From Celeribacter sp. (GTDB lineage Bacteria > Pseudomonadota > Alphaproteobacteria > Rhodobacterales > Rhodobacteraceae), in assembly GCA_047630475.1 (NCBI GenBank), contig JBLHXX010000004.1:11374-75373 (forward strand): a DNA stretch of 64,000 nt, written 5' to 3'. This document shows, piece by piece, positions 11,482-23,266 of the stretch. The notes below the pieces were generated by a model. It ran no database searches and was not told the DNA's origin. It saw only the letters and a list, made by a program, of their open reading frames with translations. A program made the translations under genes and the position numbers. Position 1 is the stretch's first letter. The number at the start of each line of letters is the position of its first letter.

Positions 11482-11829
11482 TTAGACGTCCCAGTCATCC
11501 GCATGGCGTACAGGACCAATGGCCATCCAATCAGCACGCACACGCGCCACACGGGTATCACCCCACGTGCGAAACACGATCACAAAGCCCTCTTCGCTAA
11601 CCATCTCGGCACAAATATCGACACGATGGTTGCTGGCTTGATCAATGTCGAGCATCGACAATCCAACAGTGATCACAGGAGGGCTCGAAAAAGGCTCATC
11701 AAAATCGATTACACGGCGCAGTTCTCGTGGGCCGGTGCCGGTCCACATCGCGCCGCCGTCTTGAAAGTCGGAGAACAGCAAAAGGGAATCTTGCTCAATT
11801 CCCAGTTGGTGCGTGTCAATTTTTTGCAT
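11482..11829 (-). CDS. H-type lectin domain protein
   Basis: MWTGTGPRE...FDEPFSSPPVITVGLSMLD...RTWGDTRVARVRADWMAIG. Confidence 0.85.
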   Translation of the reverse strand: MQKIDTHQLGIEQDSLLLFSDFQDGGAMWTGTGPRELRRVIDFDEPFSSPPVITVGLSMLDIDQASNHRVDICAEMVSEEGFVIVFRTWGDTRVARVRADWMAIGPVRHADDWDV

Positions 11830-12013
11830 AAGTCAGTGTATCTCTAACGGTCTCAATCGGTCGGGCTGCATCATAGGGTGATTAGATCTAACCCCACGCC
11901 ACCCTAAGCTGCGCGTGCGGACTTGTCCACGTGCAGGCGTGTTTTGAGTGTTTCGTGCTGCAATGGCCGCAATCGCACTGACAATGCGCCCTCTCCCAGA
12001 AACTCTGATATGC

Positions 12014-12045
12014 AAAAGGCCCCTTGGAGTAACCAAGGAGCCTTT
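12014..12045 (-). terminator. Terminator after atpC
   Basis: AAAAGGCCCCTTGG...CCAAGGAGCCTTT hairpin with a T-run on the minus strand. Confidence 0.75.
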
Positions 12046-12067
12046 AAAATTTAAAGCATTGCCGCAC

Positions 12068-12478
12068 TTAGAGGTGTGCGTCGAAGCCCAAGTGCTCCGC
12101 GATGTGGATGAGATCCGCGAGAAGCTTTTGCGTCTCGTGATGTGCATCAACCTCTGCGGATTCGTGGGCTTGCGCTGCAGTGGACACGAGGTCCGCGATG
12201 ACTTCTGGTGTCACTTCGCTGCGTGGCAAAGCTGTTTCCGCCAACACAGAAATAGTGCCTGCGGACAGTTCTGCGAACCCGCCAGTTACAACGAACTGCT
12301 CTTCGCCTGCGGCCCCTTTGATGGTCAAAAAACCAGGACGCAAAGACAAAATGGTCGGCTCGTGGCCAGCCATCGCAGTCAAGTCACCATCGGCACCCGG
12401 AATCTGCACCTCTGTGACCAGTGCGGAAGCAAGCTTACGTTCTGGTGAGACAAGATCGAATTGGACAGTATCAGCCAT
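12068..12478 (-). CDS. atpC: F1 ATP synthase epsilon subunit
   Basis: FDLVSPER...IPGADGDLTAMAGHEP...VTGGFAE. Confidence 0.97.
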   Translation of the reverse strand: MADTVQFDLVSPERKLASALVTEVQIPGADGDLTAMAGHEPTILSLRPGFLTIKGAAGEEQFVVTGGFAELSAGTISVLAETALPRSEVTPEVIADLVSTAAQAHESAEVDAHHETQKLLADLIHIAEHLGFDAHL

Positions 12479-12615
12479 GAATGGCCTCCTTTAAAGCGTT
12501 TTGCCCCGAACCGGTCCGCCCCCCAGCAGCACGATAACCGCACCAGAATTGGGGACCGAACGATCCGAGATCAAATTCTGATGAACTTGATCCCGGGCCG
12601 TTTGGGGCGTCAGAC

Positions 12616-14046
<1,431 letters not shown>

Positions 14047-14058
14047 TTACTCCGGTTC

Positions 14059-14931
14059 TTAGAGCGCTTCAGCGCCCGAGATGATTTCGATAAGCTCGTT
14101 GGTGATGACAGCCTGACGCGAACGGTTGTATTGAATGGTCAGTTTGTCGATCATGTCGCCTGCGTTGCGTGTGGCGTTGTCCATAGCGGACATACGCGCA
14201 CCCTGCTCGGAGGCAGCATTTTCCAAAAGAGCTGCAAAGATCTGCGTGGCGACGCCGCGCGGCAGAAGGTCTGCGAGGATGGCTTCTTCGGATGGCTCGT
14301 AATCGTAGAGCGCCGCGCCGTCATCTTCACTTGCTTCATATGCTGCCGGAACAACCTGCAGAGCTGTCGGAATTTGGGAGACCACGTTGACGAATTTCGA
14401 GTAGAAAATCGTCGCAACATCGTACTCTGCCGCATCAAAACGACCAAGGACATCCTTGGCGATGTCTTGTGCGTTGGCATAGCCCAGACGTTTCACGCCG
14501 CTCAAATCGACATGGCCGATCAAGAGGTCACCAAATTCACGGTTCAGCTGTTCACGACCCTTTTTGCCAACAGTGAGAACTTTCACTGTTTTGCCAGCGG
14601 ATTGCAATTCAGCGATGCGTGTTTTTGCAAGTTTCACGATCGAAGAGTTGAAGCCGCCACAAAGGCCACGTTCTGCAGTCATCACGACGAGCAATTGCAC
14701 ATCGTCTTTGCCCGTCCCGGCAAGAAGCCGGGGCGCGCTATCAGAGCCACCTACTGATGCGGACAGCGCACCCAGAACAGCATTAAACCGTTCTGTGTAG
14801 GGCCGTGACGCTTCAGCTGCATCTTGGGCGCGGCGCAATTTTGCGGCCGCGACCATTTGCATGGCTTTCGTGATCTTGCGTGTGGATTTCACACTCGCGA
14901 TCCGATTTTTTAGGTCCTTGAGATTAGGCAT
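14059..14931 (-). CDS. atpG: F1 ATP synthase gamma subunit
   Basis: [13 protein letters not shown]...[19 protein letters not shown]. Confidence 0.99.
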   Translation of the reverse strand: MPNLKDLKNRIASVKSTRKITKAMQMVAAAKLRRAQDAAEASRPYTERFNAVLGALSASVGGSDSAPRLLAGTGKDDVQLLVVMTAERGLCGGFNSSIVKLAKTRIAELQSAGKTVKVLTVGKKGREQLNREFGDLLIGHVDLSGVKRLGYANAQDIAKDVLGRFDAAEYDVATIFYSKFVNVVSQIPTALQVVPAAYEASEDDGAALYDYEPSEEAILADLLPRGVATQIFAALLENAASEQGARMSAMDNATRNAGDMIDKLTIQYNRSRQAVITNELIEIISGAEAL

Positions 14932-14952
14932 TTAACTGTCCTTTTCCCAGGA

Positions 14953-16488
14953 TTAAGCGAAGGTTGCTGCGAATTCGTCCAGAACAGCCTTCACCTTATC
15001 GGCGGCATCGCCTTTGATTTTTGGATCTTCATCGGAAATCCAAGTCAAAAGGTCTTTGTGCTTGCCGCGCAAGAACTCAAGAAGGCCTTTCTCGAAACGG
15101 CTCACATCGGACACTTCGATTTTGTCGAGGTAACCGTTTGTACCCGCAAAGATCACGCAGACGATTTCTGCGTTGGTCAATGGAGAGTACTGAGCTTGTT
15201 TCATCAATTCTGTCAAACGCGCACCACGGGCCAGCAATTGCTGTGTGGAGGCATCAAGGTCAGAACCGAACTGAGCAAAAGCAGCCATCTCGCGGTACTG
15301 AGCGAGTGAAAGTTTCACAGGACCAGCCACAGAAGACATCGCTTTTGTTTGCGCAGATGAACCAACACGAGACACAGACAAACCAGTGTTCACCGCAGGA
15401 CGGATCCCTTGGTAGAAGAGCTCTGTTTCCAAGAAGATCTGACCATCTGTGATCGAAATCACGTTGGTTGGAATAAACGCAGAAACGTCGCCACCTTGGG
15501 TTTCAATGATAGGCAAAGCTGTCAAAGACCCTGAACCGTAATCTTCGTTGAGCTTTGAAGAGCGCTCGAGAAGTCTGGAGTGAAGGTAGAAAACGTCACC
15601 TGGGTAGGCTTCACGGCCTGGTGGGCGACGCAAGAGCAAGGACATCTGGCGGTAAGACACAGCTTGTTTGGAGAGATCATCATAGATGATCAAAGCGTGG
15701 CGGCCATTGTCACGGAAGTGCTCAGCCATAGCTGTCGCGGCGTAGGGTGCGAGGAACTGCATTGGTGCAGGATCGGACGCCGTCGCAGCCACAACGATAG
15801 TGTACTCAGACGCACCGGACTCTTCGAGCTTTTTAACAAGCTGCGCAACAGTGGAGCGTTTTTGACCAATCGCTACGTAGATACAGTACAACTTGTCGTT
15901 TTCAGACGTTGCAGCATCGTTGTAGGATTTTTGGTTGAGGATCGTGTCGAGCGCCACAGCTGTTTTACCAGTTTGACGGTCACCAATGATAAGCTCGCGC
16001 TGACCACGGCCAACCGGGATCATCGCGTCAACAGACTTAAGGCCTGTTGCCATTGGTTCGTGAACAGATTTGCGTGGGATAATGCCCGGCGCTTTGACAT
16101 CCGCAACGAGGCGTTTGGTGGTTTTGATTTCGCCTTTGCCATCGATTGGATTGCCAAGACCGTCAACAACGCGGCCCAGAAGTTCGTCACCGGCAGGAAC
16201 GTCCACGATGGAGTTCGTGCGCTTAACTGTGTCGCCTTCTTTGATGTCTTTGTCAGACCCGAAGATAACGATACCGACGTTATCGGCTTCAAGGTTAAGT
16301 GCCATCCCGCGGATACCGCCGGGGAACTCAACCATTTCACCAGCCTGAACATTGTCGAGACCGTAGACGCGGGCGATACCATCACCAACGCTCAGTACAC
16401 GACCAACTTCAGCAACTTCGGCATCTTTGCCAAAGTCTTTGATCTGATCCTTGAGGATCGCAGAAATTTCGGCTGCTTGGATTCCCAT
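14953..16488 (-). CDS. atpA: F1 ATP synthase alpha subunit
   Basis: [29 protein letters not shown]. Confidence 0.99.
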   Translation of the reverse strand: MGIQAAEISAILKDQIKDFGKDAEVAEVGRVLSVGDGIARVYGLDNVQAGEMVEFPGGIRGMALNLEADNVGIVIFGSDKDIKEGDTVKRTNSIVDVPAGDELLGRVVDGLGNPIDGKGEIKTTKRLVADVKAPGIIPRKSVHEPMATGLKSVDAMIPVGRGQRELIIGDRQTGKTAVALDTILNQKSYNDAATSENDKLYCIYVAIGQKRSTVAQLVKKLEESGASEYTIVVAATASDPAPMQFLAPYAATAMAEHFRDNGRHALIIYDDLSKQAVSYRQMSLLLRRPPGREAYPGDVFYLHSRLLERSSKLNEDYGSGSLTALPIIETQGGDVSAFIPTNVISITDGQIFLETELFYQGIRPAVNTGLSVSRVGSSAQTKAMSSVAGPVKLSLAQYREMAAFAQFGSDLDASTQQLLARGARLTELMKQAQYSPLTNAEIVCVIFAGTNGYLDKIEVSDVSRFEKGLLEFLRGKHKDLLTWISDEDPKIKGDAADKVKAVLDEFAATFA

Positions 16489-17048
16489 TATCCGACCTCT
16501 TTCATAACATTCTGGAGGGAAGCGAGTTTGGAGGCGATTGACGTATCAATCATCTTCGAGCCCACTTTAACGATAAGACCGCCGATGATGCTTTCATCCA
16601 CGATCGCATTGATGGTCACGTCTTTGCCAAATTGAGCCGAGAGTGTCTTGGCCAATTTGTCGCTCTGCGTTTTGGTCAAAGCCTTAGCAGAGGTGACGTC
16701 CGCAGTCACTTCGCCGCGCTCTTCTGCGAGCATGGCGTTCAGTGCGTCCACAAGTTGTGGCAACACAAAAAGACGGCGGTTTTGCGCCAGCAAGGCCAAT
16801 GTGTTGGCCGTGATGGGCGAAAATTTCGCTTTTTTCGAAATTGCTGAAACAACAGCACCATGTTCCTCACGCGAGACAACAGGTGATGCGATAACCGCAT
16901 TCAAGTCAGCACTATCGGCCAAGGCCGAGCTGAGAGACGCAACATCGTCCTCAAGCGCTTTTAGTTTTTTGCTTTCCTTGGCCAGATCAAACAAGGCCGT
17001 GGCGTAGCGTGCGGCAATGCCGCGGGAAATCGAAGCTGGTTCGGACAC
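16488..17048 (-). CDS. atpH: F1 ATP synthase delta subunit
   Basis: GTG start [20 protein letters not shown]...[17 protein letters not shown]. Confidence 0.97.
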   Translation of the reverse strand: MSEPASISRGIAARYATALFDLAKESKKLKALEDDVASLSSALADSADLNAVIASPVVSREEHGAVVSAISKKAKFSPITANTLALLAQNRRLFVLPQLVDALNAMLAEERGEVTADVTSAKALTKTQSDKLAKTLSAQFGKDVTINAIVDESIIGGLIVKVGSKMIDTSIASKLASLQNVMKEVG

Positions 17049-17163
17049 GTCCACCCTTCCGATGTCGTTGGGCCTTTCCAACTTAATTCACAAGCATGTG
17101 AACCAAAAAGGTAGGGCATATTGAGAAGCCCGTGCGGATGCACAGGCAGCAAAAATCGCGCTG

Positions 17164-17192
17164 GGTATAGCTGAGCATTTGCCACCTCGCAA
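17164..17192 (-). promoter_or_regulatory. Probable sigma70 promoter of atpHAGDC
   Basis: TTGCGA-N17-TATACC on the minus strand. Confidence 0.55.
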
Positions 17193-17638
17193 CCTTGTTA
17201 CTGACCTTTCGTGCCAAGATGTCGCGGGGGCATTTACACAATTTCAATCACTTAGGCGAAATGGCACGCCAAAGCCGCGAAAAAAAGTTAAATGTCCTGC
17301 TTGAAATCCCCCCTAATTAGACGAATCTGTCGCAGAATCTTTCCTCTGAGCGCGTTGCCGCATTGCAGAGCCCGTGACGGGCGCATGGTAAACGGTCGTG
17401 AAAATGAGCGACATATCTGAGTTGCCAGCCGTGTCGATTAAGCCTCAAAGCGAAACAATCCGTCAAAAAACCAAACATTGGGCGCGGATCGCATTCCATT
17501 CGCTGAAAAATGGGCAATTGCACACACCTTGCCTTGTTTCCTATTTACCTTTGACTGAAATTCCAGCCATCGCACACGCAATTGAACCCGAGGTGCATTT
17601 TTTAAATTGTTGGACGTAACTTTCACGTCAGGTGCCCT

Positions 17639-18068
17639 ATATTAGAACGTCTCGTATTATCCCTCATGGGACTTGGTATCGGCACTATGCTGATGGATAT
17701 TTTCAACGAGGACGATGCGACTGAGGACAAGACGGTTATAGATACAGATGACACGGAAGGCCACGACCACTTGGATATTTACCGATCAAGAGGAATGGGC
17801 CACCGATGTCGAAGGAGAAGCCTTTATCGTTCACAGTTTCTCCCCAGAGCCGCCCGTATTCAGAACTGGCGGTTCCTATACAAATCCGTATTTTTACTTT
17901 TATGATGAAAACGGGCAGCCAGATGAATCTTTTAAAGGCGTGCTTGTGATCGACTTTGTCTCAGATGGTGAAACATCAGTCGTAGGGACATTGGTCTACG
18001 ACCCATCCGATTTTACGAGCGTCACGGACCGAGTTTACCCCATACCCCCATTCAATAACCCAATCTAG
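17639..18068 (+). pseudogene. Frameshifted small acidic, probably membrane-anchored protein
   Basis: ORFs 17666 and 17748 join into one acidic protein if one T near 17780 is removed; hydrophobic N-terminus LVLSLMGLGIGTMLMDIF. Confidence 0.5.
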
Positions 18069-18094
18069 GCAGTGCCCCTGAAAACCTGCGCAGC

Positions 18095-18844
18095 CTAGGC
18101 CGGCTTCGCCTCGGGCACAGGCCGCAGCCCCCCCAGCACGCCTTTGGCACGGCTTAGGGCTTGAGGGCTGCCCGTGCCGGTTTGGGCATAGACTTGTTTA
18201 GACACTTCCAGCATCAAAACCCCGCCCGCCAAATGACCTGTCACTCGGCGGCCGATTCGTTCCAACATCGGCCCAGAGCGCAGCCAGAATTTCTTGTCAG
18301 ACGGCGGTTGAAACAACACGGCCTTGTGGCGCTCAGGCACAAAATTCGCCAACTTAAGCTGCGCCTCAAGTTGCCCCAAAGAATAGGGGCGACCATAGCC
18401 AAACGGCGTGCCATCAGAGCGCGACCAAAGCCCGCCACGATTGGGCACAACAAACAACGCCTTGCCCCCCGGCCCCAAAACGCGCCAGCATTCTTCCAAC
18501 AACGCCGCTTGGTTTTCCGATGTCTCAAGCCCGTGCATCATCACGAGCCGGTCCACCACGCCCGTTTGCAACGGCCAGCGGGTTTCTTGGCATAGGGTCG
18601 ATGTGTTTTCCATACCAGCGGGCCAATGCATCACGCCCTGCTGATCGGGCATCAACGCCACCACGCGGCGCGCATCGGTCAAATAGGGCCGCAGCAAAGG
18701 CACAGCAAACCCGAACCCAGCCACAGTTTGGCGCGACGCGTTGGGCCAATAGGACACAACTTGAGTGCGGATCACACGCTGTGCCGCGCGCCCAAGACCA
18801 GTGCGATAGTAAAAATTTCTAAGATCAACAACGTCAAGATGCAT
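18095..18844 (-). CDS. Class I SAM-dependent methyltransferase-like (YafS-like), divergent from gloB
   Basis: [13 protein letters not shown]...[22 protein letters not shown]; conserved pairing with gloB. Confidence 0.85.
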   Translation of the reverse strand: MHLDVVDLRNFYYRTGLGRAAQRVIRTQVVSYWPNASRQTVAGFGFAVPLLRPYLTDARRVVALMPDQQGVMHWPAGMENTSTLCQETRWPLQTGVVDRLVMMHGLETSENQAALLEECWRVLGPGGKALFVVPNRGGLWSRSDGTPFGYGRPYSLGQLEAQLKLANFVPERHKAVLFQPPSDKKFWLRSGPMLERIGRRVTGHLAGGVLMLEVSKQVYAQTGTGSPQALSRAKGVLGGLRPVPEAKPA

Positions 18845-18907
18845 TGTATATTCGGGGTCCATGGCAGAGAGTTAAGGCAACCATGACTCAAAATGCGGAC
18901 AAACACC

Positions 18908-19705
18908 ATGACCGATACAGCGACCGAACTCGTCACCCTGCCTTTGCTCAAAGACAACTACGGTTTTATCCTGCATGATGCCGTTTCAAATTCCACCGCG
19001 CTGATTGATGTGCCTGATCACGCGCCTCTTGTCGCAGAGTTGGAAAAACGCGGCTGGCCGCTCACCGATATATGGATCACTCACCATCATTGGGACCATA
19101 TCGATGGGCTTGGCCCCTTGCTTGACGCCTGTGCCGCAAATGGATGGACCCCGCGCGTTGTGGCCGCCCGCGCCGATATGCACCGCCTGCCTGCTGATTT
19201 GATCACCGACCAAATGGATGATGGCGATACCTTTATGTTTGGCGATATCCCCGTGCATATCCTCGATGTGCCTGGCCATACTGTTGGCCATATTGCTTAT
19301 CACCTGCCCAGCATCAACACCCTGTTCACCGCAGATAGCCTTATGGCTCTGGGCTGTGGGCGACTGTTTGAGGGCACCCCTGCACAAATGTGGGACACCT
19401 TGCAAAAACTACGCGCTTTGCCGCCACAAACCACAGTGTGCTCTGGTCATGAATACACCCAAAGCAACGGCGCCTTTGCGATTACGATCGACCCAGACAA
19501 TGCAGCCTTGAAAGATCGGATCGCCAATATCGCCACCGCACGGGCGCAAAATCTGCCAACCGTGCCGTCACTCTTGCAGCTGGAAATCGACACAAATCCG
19601 TTTTTGCGTGCAGACAACACAGCCCTAAAAGCGGCAATCGGCATGACCGACTCGTCTGATTTAGAGGTCTTCACAGAAATTCGTGCCCGAAAAGACAGGT
19701 TCTGA
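18908..19705 (+). CDS. gloB: Hydroxyacylglutathione hydrolase (glyoxalase II)
   Basis: THHHWDH, PGHTVGH, GCGRLFEG, HEYT, NPFLR; alternative start 18893. Confidence 0.95.
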   Translation: MTDTATELVTLPLLKDNYGFILHDAVSNSTALIDVPDHAPLVAELEKRGWPLTDIWITHHHWDHIDGLGPLLDACAANGWTPRVVAARADMHRLPADLITDQMDDGDTFMFGDIPVHILDVPGHTVGHIAYHLPSINTLFTADSLMALGCGRLFEGTPAQMWDTLQKLRALPPQTTVCSGHEYTQSNGAFAITIDPDNAALKDRIANIATARAQNLPTVPSLLQLEIDTNPFLRADNTALKAAIGMTDSSDLEVFTEIRARKDRF

Positions 19706-19940
19706 TGTTGCAATTGGCCCTTGCAATGGCAGGGCCGCAACATACATCATGATAACAATGGGGCGGCAATTGCGTGCTGTGCCGAACAAATATTGGAAGA
19801 TCGTGTAAAATCTACGTGTGTTAACCAAAAATTCTCTTGAAGTGCGCAGGTTTCAATCGATCTTTAAGAGTATGAGGCGACGGTGGCTATAGAGCCGCTA
19901 TAGGCCCCGTCTGGACCCGAATGAAAGGAGCACCCCCACA

Positions 19941-22274
19941 GTGCCATCATTTTCGAACACCCTTGAGCAAGCCATTCACGCGGCTTTGGCCCTTGCCAAT
20001 GCGCGCAAACATGAACTCGCAACGCTCGAGCACCTGTTGCTCGCGTTGATTGACGAACCCGATGCAGCGCGCGTTATGCAAGCCTGCAATGTTGAACTGG
20101 AAGAGCTGCGCAAAACGCTCGTCGATTATATCGAAGACGATCTGACCACTTTGATCACCGATGTCGAAGGCTCAGAAGCTGTGCCAACGGCCTCGTTCCA
20201 ACGCGTTATTCAACGTGCTGCTATCCATGTGCAATCCTCTGGACGCACAGAAGTGACTGGCGCAAACGTGCTGGTTGCCATCTTTGCCGAACGCGAATCA
20301 AATGCGGCGTTCTTTTTGCAAGAACAAGACATGACACGCTATGACGCGGTAAATTTCATTGCCCATGGCGTTGCCAAAGACCCAGACTTTGAAGAAACAC
20401 GTCCCGTCACCGGCGCGGACGACGACGAAGACGGCCCCTCTATGAGCGGGCCGACGTCTGGTGGCGAAGAAAAAGAATCTGCACTGGCCAAATACTGTGT
20501 TGATCTGAATAAAAAGGCTGCCGAAGGGGATGTGGACCCCTTGATTGGCCGCGCCCAAGAAGTCGAGCGCTGCATTCAAGTGCTGTGCCGTCGCCGCAAA
20601 AACAATCCACTGCTCGTAGGAGATCCCGGAGTTGGCAAAACCGCCATCGCCGAAGGTCTTGCGCGTAAAATCGTGGATGGCGAAACACCTGAAGTTCTAT
20701 CGGGTTCGACCATTTACTCACTCGATTTGGGGGCTTTGCTGGCTGGCACACGCTACCGTGGTGACTTTGAGGAACGCCTCAAAGCGGTCATGAAAGAACT
20801 CGAAGATCACCCAGATGCGGTTCTTTTCATTGACGAAATTCACACTGTGATCGGCGCAGGCGCGACGTCAGGCGGTGCGATGGATGCGTCCAACTTGCTC
20901 AAACCTGCGCTTGCGGGCGGCAAATTGCGCTGCATGGGGTCAACAACATACAAAGAGTTCCGCCAGCATTTTGAAAAAGATCGTGCCTTGGCGCGTCGGT
21001 TCCAAAAGATTGATGTCAACGAGCCATCCATTGATGATGCAGTGAAAATTTTGATGGGCATCAAACCCTACTTTGAGGAACATCACGAGATTCGCTACAC
21101 CAACGATGCGATCAAATCCGCTGTCGAGTTGGCTGCGCGCTATATCCATGACCGCAAATTGCCCGACAAAGCCATTGATGTCATCGATGAGGCCGGAGCC
21201 GCGCAACATTTGGTGGCTGAAAGCCGTCGTCGCAAAACCATCGGCGCAAAAGACATCGAAGCTGTCGTGGCAAAGATTGCCCGTATCCCGGCTAAAAATG
21301 TATCCAAAGGCGATGCAGAGGTTCTCAAAGATCTCGAGTCCACGCTCAAGCGTGTTGTGTTTGGCCAAGACGACGCCATCGTCGCACTCTCATCGGCCAT
21401 CAAACTGGCCCGCGCGGGCCTGCGTGAGCCTGAAAAACCCATCGGCAACTACCTGTTTGCAGGGCCAACGGGCGTGGGTAAAACCGAGGTTGCAAAGCAG
21501 CTTGCGGACACACTTGGCGTTGAACTCTTGCGGTTCGATATGTCCGAATACATGGAAAAACACGCGGTGTCCCGCCTCATCGGCGCACCTCCCGGCTATG
21601 TTGGATTTGACCAAGGCGGCATGCTCACGGATAGCGTTGATCAACACCCGCATTGCGTGCTTTTGCTAGATGAGATGGAAAAAGCACACCCCGATGTCTA
21701 CAACATCCTTTTGCAGGTGATGGACAACGGCAAGCTCACCGATCACAACGGCAGAACAGTTGATTTTCGCAATGTCATTTTGATCATGACCTCGAACGCG
21801 GGTGCAGCCGAGCAAGCGAAAGAAGCCATTGGCTTTGGCCGTGATCGCCGTGAGGGCGAAGACACGGCAGCGATTGAGCGGACTTTCACACCAGAATTCC
21901 GCAACCGTTTGGATGCTGTGATTTCCTTTGCACCACTGCCAAAAGATGTGATTTTCCAAGTGGTTGAAAAATTTGTGCTACAACTCGAAGCACAACTTAT
22001 GGACCGGAATGTTCACATTGAACTGACACGCGCAGCCGCAGAATGGCTTGGTGACAAAGGCTATGACAGTAAAATGGGGGCACGCCCCTTGGGCCGCGTC
22101 ATCCAAGAATACATCAAAAAGCCTTTGGCCGAAGAATTGCTCTTTGGCAAACTCGCCAAAGGTGGTCTTGTTCAAGTCGGTGTCAAAAATGGCAAGATCG
22201 ATTTGCGTATCGAAGAACCCGGTGACCGCAAACTTGCGGCACGCAAAAAGCCACCTTTGCTCACAGCAGATTAA
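19941..22274 (+). CDS. clpA: ATP-dependent Clp protease ATP-binding subunit
   Basis: Two Walker A motifs ([16 protein letters not shown]), IGF loop, no middle domain. Confidence 0.98.
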   Translation: MPSFSNTLEQAIHAALALANARKHELATLEHLLLALIDEPDAARVMQACNVELEELRKTLVDYIEDDLTTLITDVEGSEAVPTASFQRVIQRAAIHVQSSGRTEVTGANVLVAIFAERESNAAFFLQEQDMTRYDAVNFIAHGVAKDPDFEETRPVTGADDDEDGPSMSGPTSGGEEKESALAKYCVDLNKKAAEGDVDPLIGRAQEVERCIQVLCRRRKNNPLLVGDPGVGKTAIAEGLARKIVDGETPEVLSGSTIYSLDLGALLAGTRYRGDFEERLKAVMKELEDHPDAVLFIDEIHTVIGAGATSGGAMDASNLLKPALAGGKLRCMGSTTYKEFRQHFEKDRALARRFQKIDVNEPSIDDAVKILMGIKPYFEEHHEIRYTNDAIKSAVELAARYIHDRKLPDKAIDVIDEAGAAQHLVAESRRRKTIGAKDIEAVVAKIARIPAKNVSKGDAEVLKDLESTLKRVVFGQDDAIVALSSAIKLARAGLREPEKPIGNYLFAGPTGVGKTEVAKQLADTLGVELLRFDMSEYMEKHAVSRLIGAPPGYVGFDQGGMLTDSVDQHPHCVLLLDEMEKAHPDVYNILLQVMDNGKLTDHNGRTVDFRNVILIMTSNAGAAEQAKEAIGFGRDRREGEDTAAIERTFTPEFRNRLDAVISFAPLPKDVIFQVVEKFVLQLEAQLMDRNVHIELTRAAAEWLGDKGYDSKMGARPLGRVIQEYIKKPLAEELLFGKLAKGGLVQVGVKNGKIDLRIEEPGDRKLAARKKPPLLTAD

Positions 22275-22281
22275 AGTCTCA

Positions 22282-23253
22282 ATGCGCGCTCTAACATCGA
22301 CATTGATCACATTTATATCCCTCACAAGCCCAACGCTTGCGGGGGATATTTCTTTTTCCCCACCAATCGACTGCACCTTAGGCGACACCTGCTACATTCA
22401 AAATTTCGTCGATGCGGATCCCAATGATACGGCAGCTGATTACACCTGCGGCAAGCTTACGTATGATGGACACAAAGGCACCGATTTTGCCCTCCCCACA
22501 CTCAAAGCAATGTGGCAAGGCGTTGATGTTTTGACCGCGGCAGCAGGAACGGTGCAAGGCACAAGAAATCATATAGCGGACCACCTTCAAGGGGTCGAAG
22601 GCGCTCCAGACATATCAGGCGTCGAATGCGGCAACGGCGTGGTCATTGATCATGGGGACGGCTGGACCACCCAATATTGCCACATGATGAAAGAGTCGGT
22701 TCGCGTCAAAACAGGCGACCATGTTGAGGCGCGTACCGTATTGGGGCTCGTCGGTATTTCTGGGCACACCCAGTTCCCTCATGTTCACATCACGATCAGA
22801 AAAGACGGAAAAGTCATAGATCCATTCAACCCATATGGGGTCGAAACCTGCGACACTTCAGGTGGGGAAACGCTATGGGCAGACACGCTTATTCATCAAT
22901 CGACAGGCCTGCTATCTGTGGGCATCACTGGCCATGGCTTTGACTATGCCTCAATCAAAAAAGGAACCGCGCACGCTGAAACACTGATGCCGGACACATC
23001 CGAACTGTTAATCTACGGATTTGCATTCGGCGGAAAACCAGGCGATGTCATGCGTTTATCGCTCGTGGGGCCAAGCCAGATCACCGCATTTTATGACGTG
23101 ACTGTTGAAGAGTTCAAAGCCCTTTACGCGCGTTCTTTTGTCAAAAAAACACCAAGACCTTGGCCAACGGGCAAGTACATCGCGATGGTACAAATCTTAC
23201 GTGACGGTGTCGTTGTTGACGAAAAGTCGAACCAAACTGTGGTGATGCCTTAG
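22282..23253 (+). CDS. M23 family metallopeptidase, secreted
   Basis: Signal-like N-terminus, HKGTD and HVH zinc motifs, TQYCHM. Confidence 0.88.
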   Translation: MRALTSTLITFISLTSPTLAGDISFSPPIDCTLGDTCYIQNFVDADPNDTAADYTCGKLTYDGHKGTDFALPTLKAMWQGVDVLTAAAGTVQGTRNHIADHLQGVEGAPDISGVECGNGVVIDHGDGWTTQYCHMMKESVRVKTGDHVEARTVLGLVGISGHTQFPHVHITIRKDGKVIDPFNPYGVETCDTSGGETLWADTLIHQSTGLLSVGITGHGFDYASIKKGTAHAETLMPDTSELLIYGFAFGGKPGDVMRLSLVGPSQITAFYDVTVEEFKALYARSFVKKTPRPWPTGKYIAMVQILRDGVVVDEKSNQTVVMP

Positions 23254-23266
23254 CCGTATTGCGCTC

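Noticed and set aside
19706-19940. No clpS before clpA
   Set aside because: As I recall, clpS is commonly unlinked in this family; not unusual.
22048-22281. Extended start of the M23 ORF overlapping clpA
   Set aside because: The signal-peptide-like start is at 22282.
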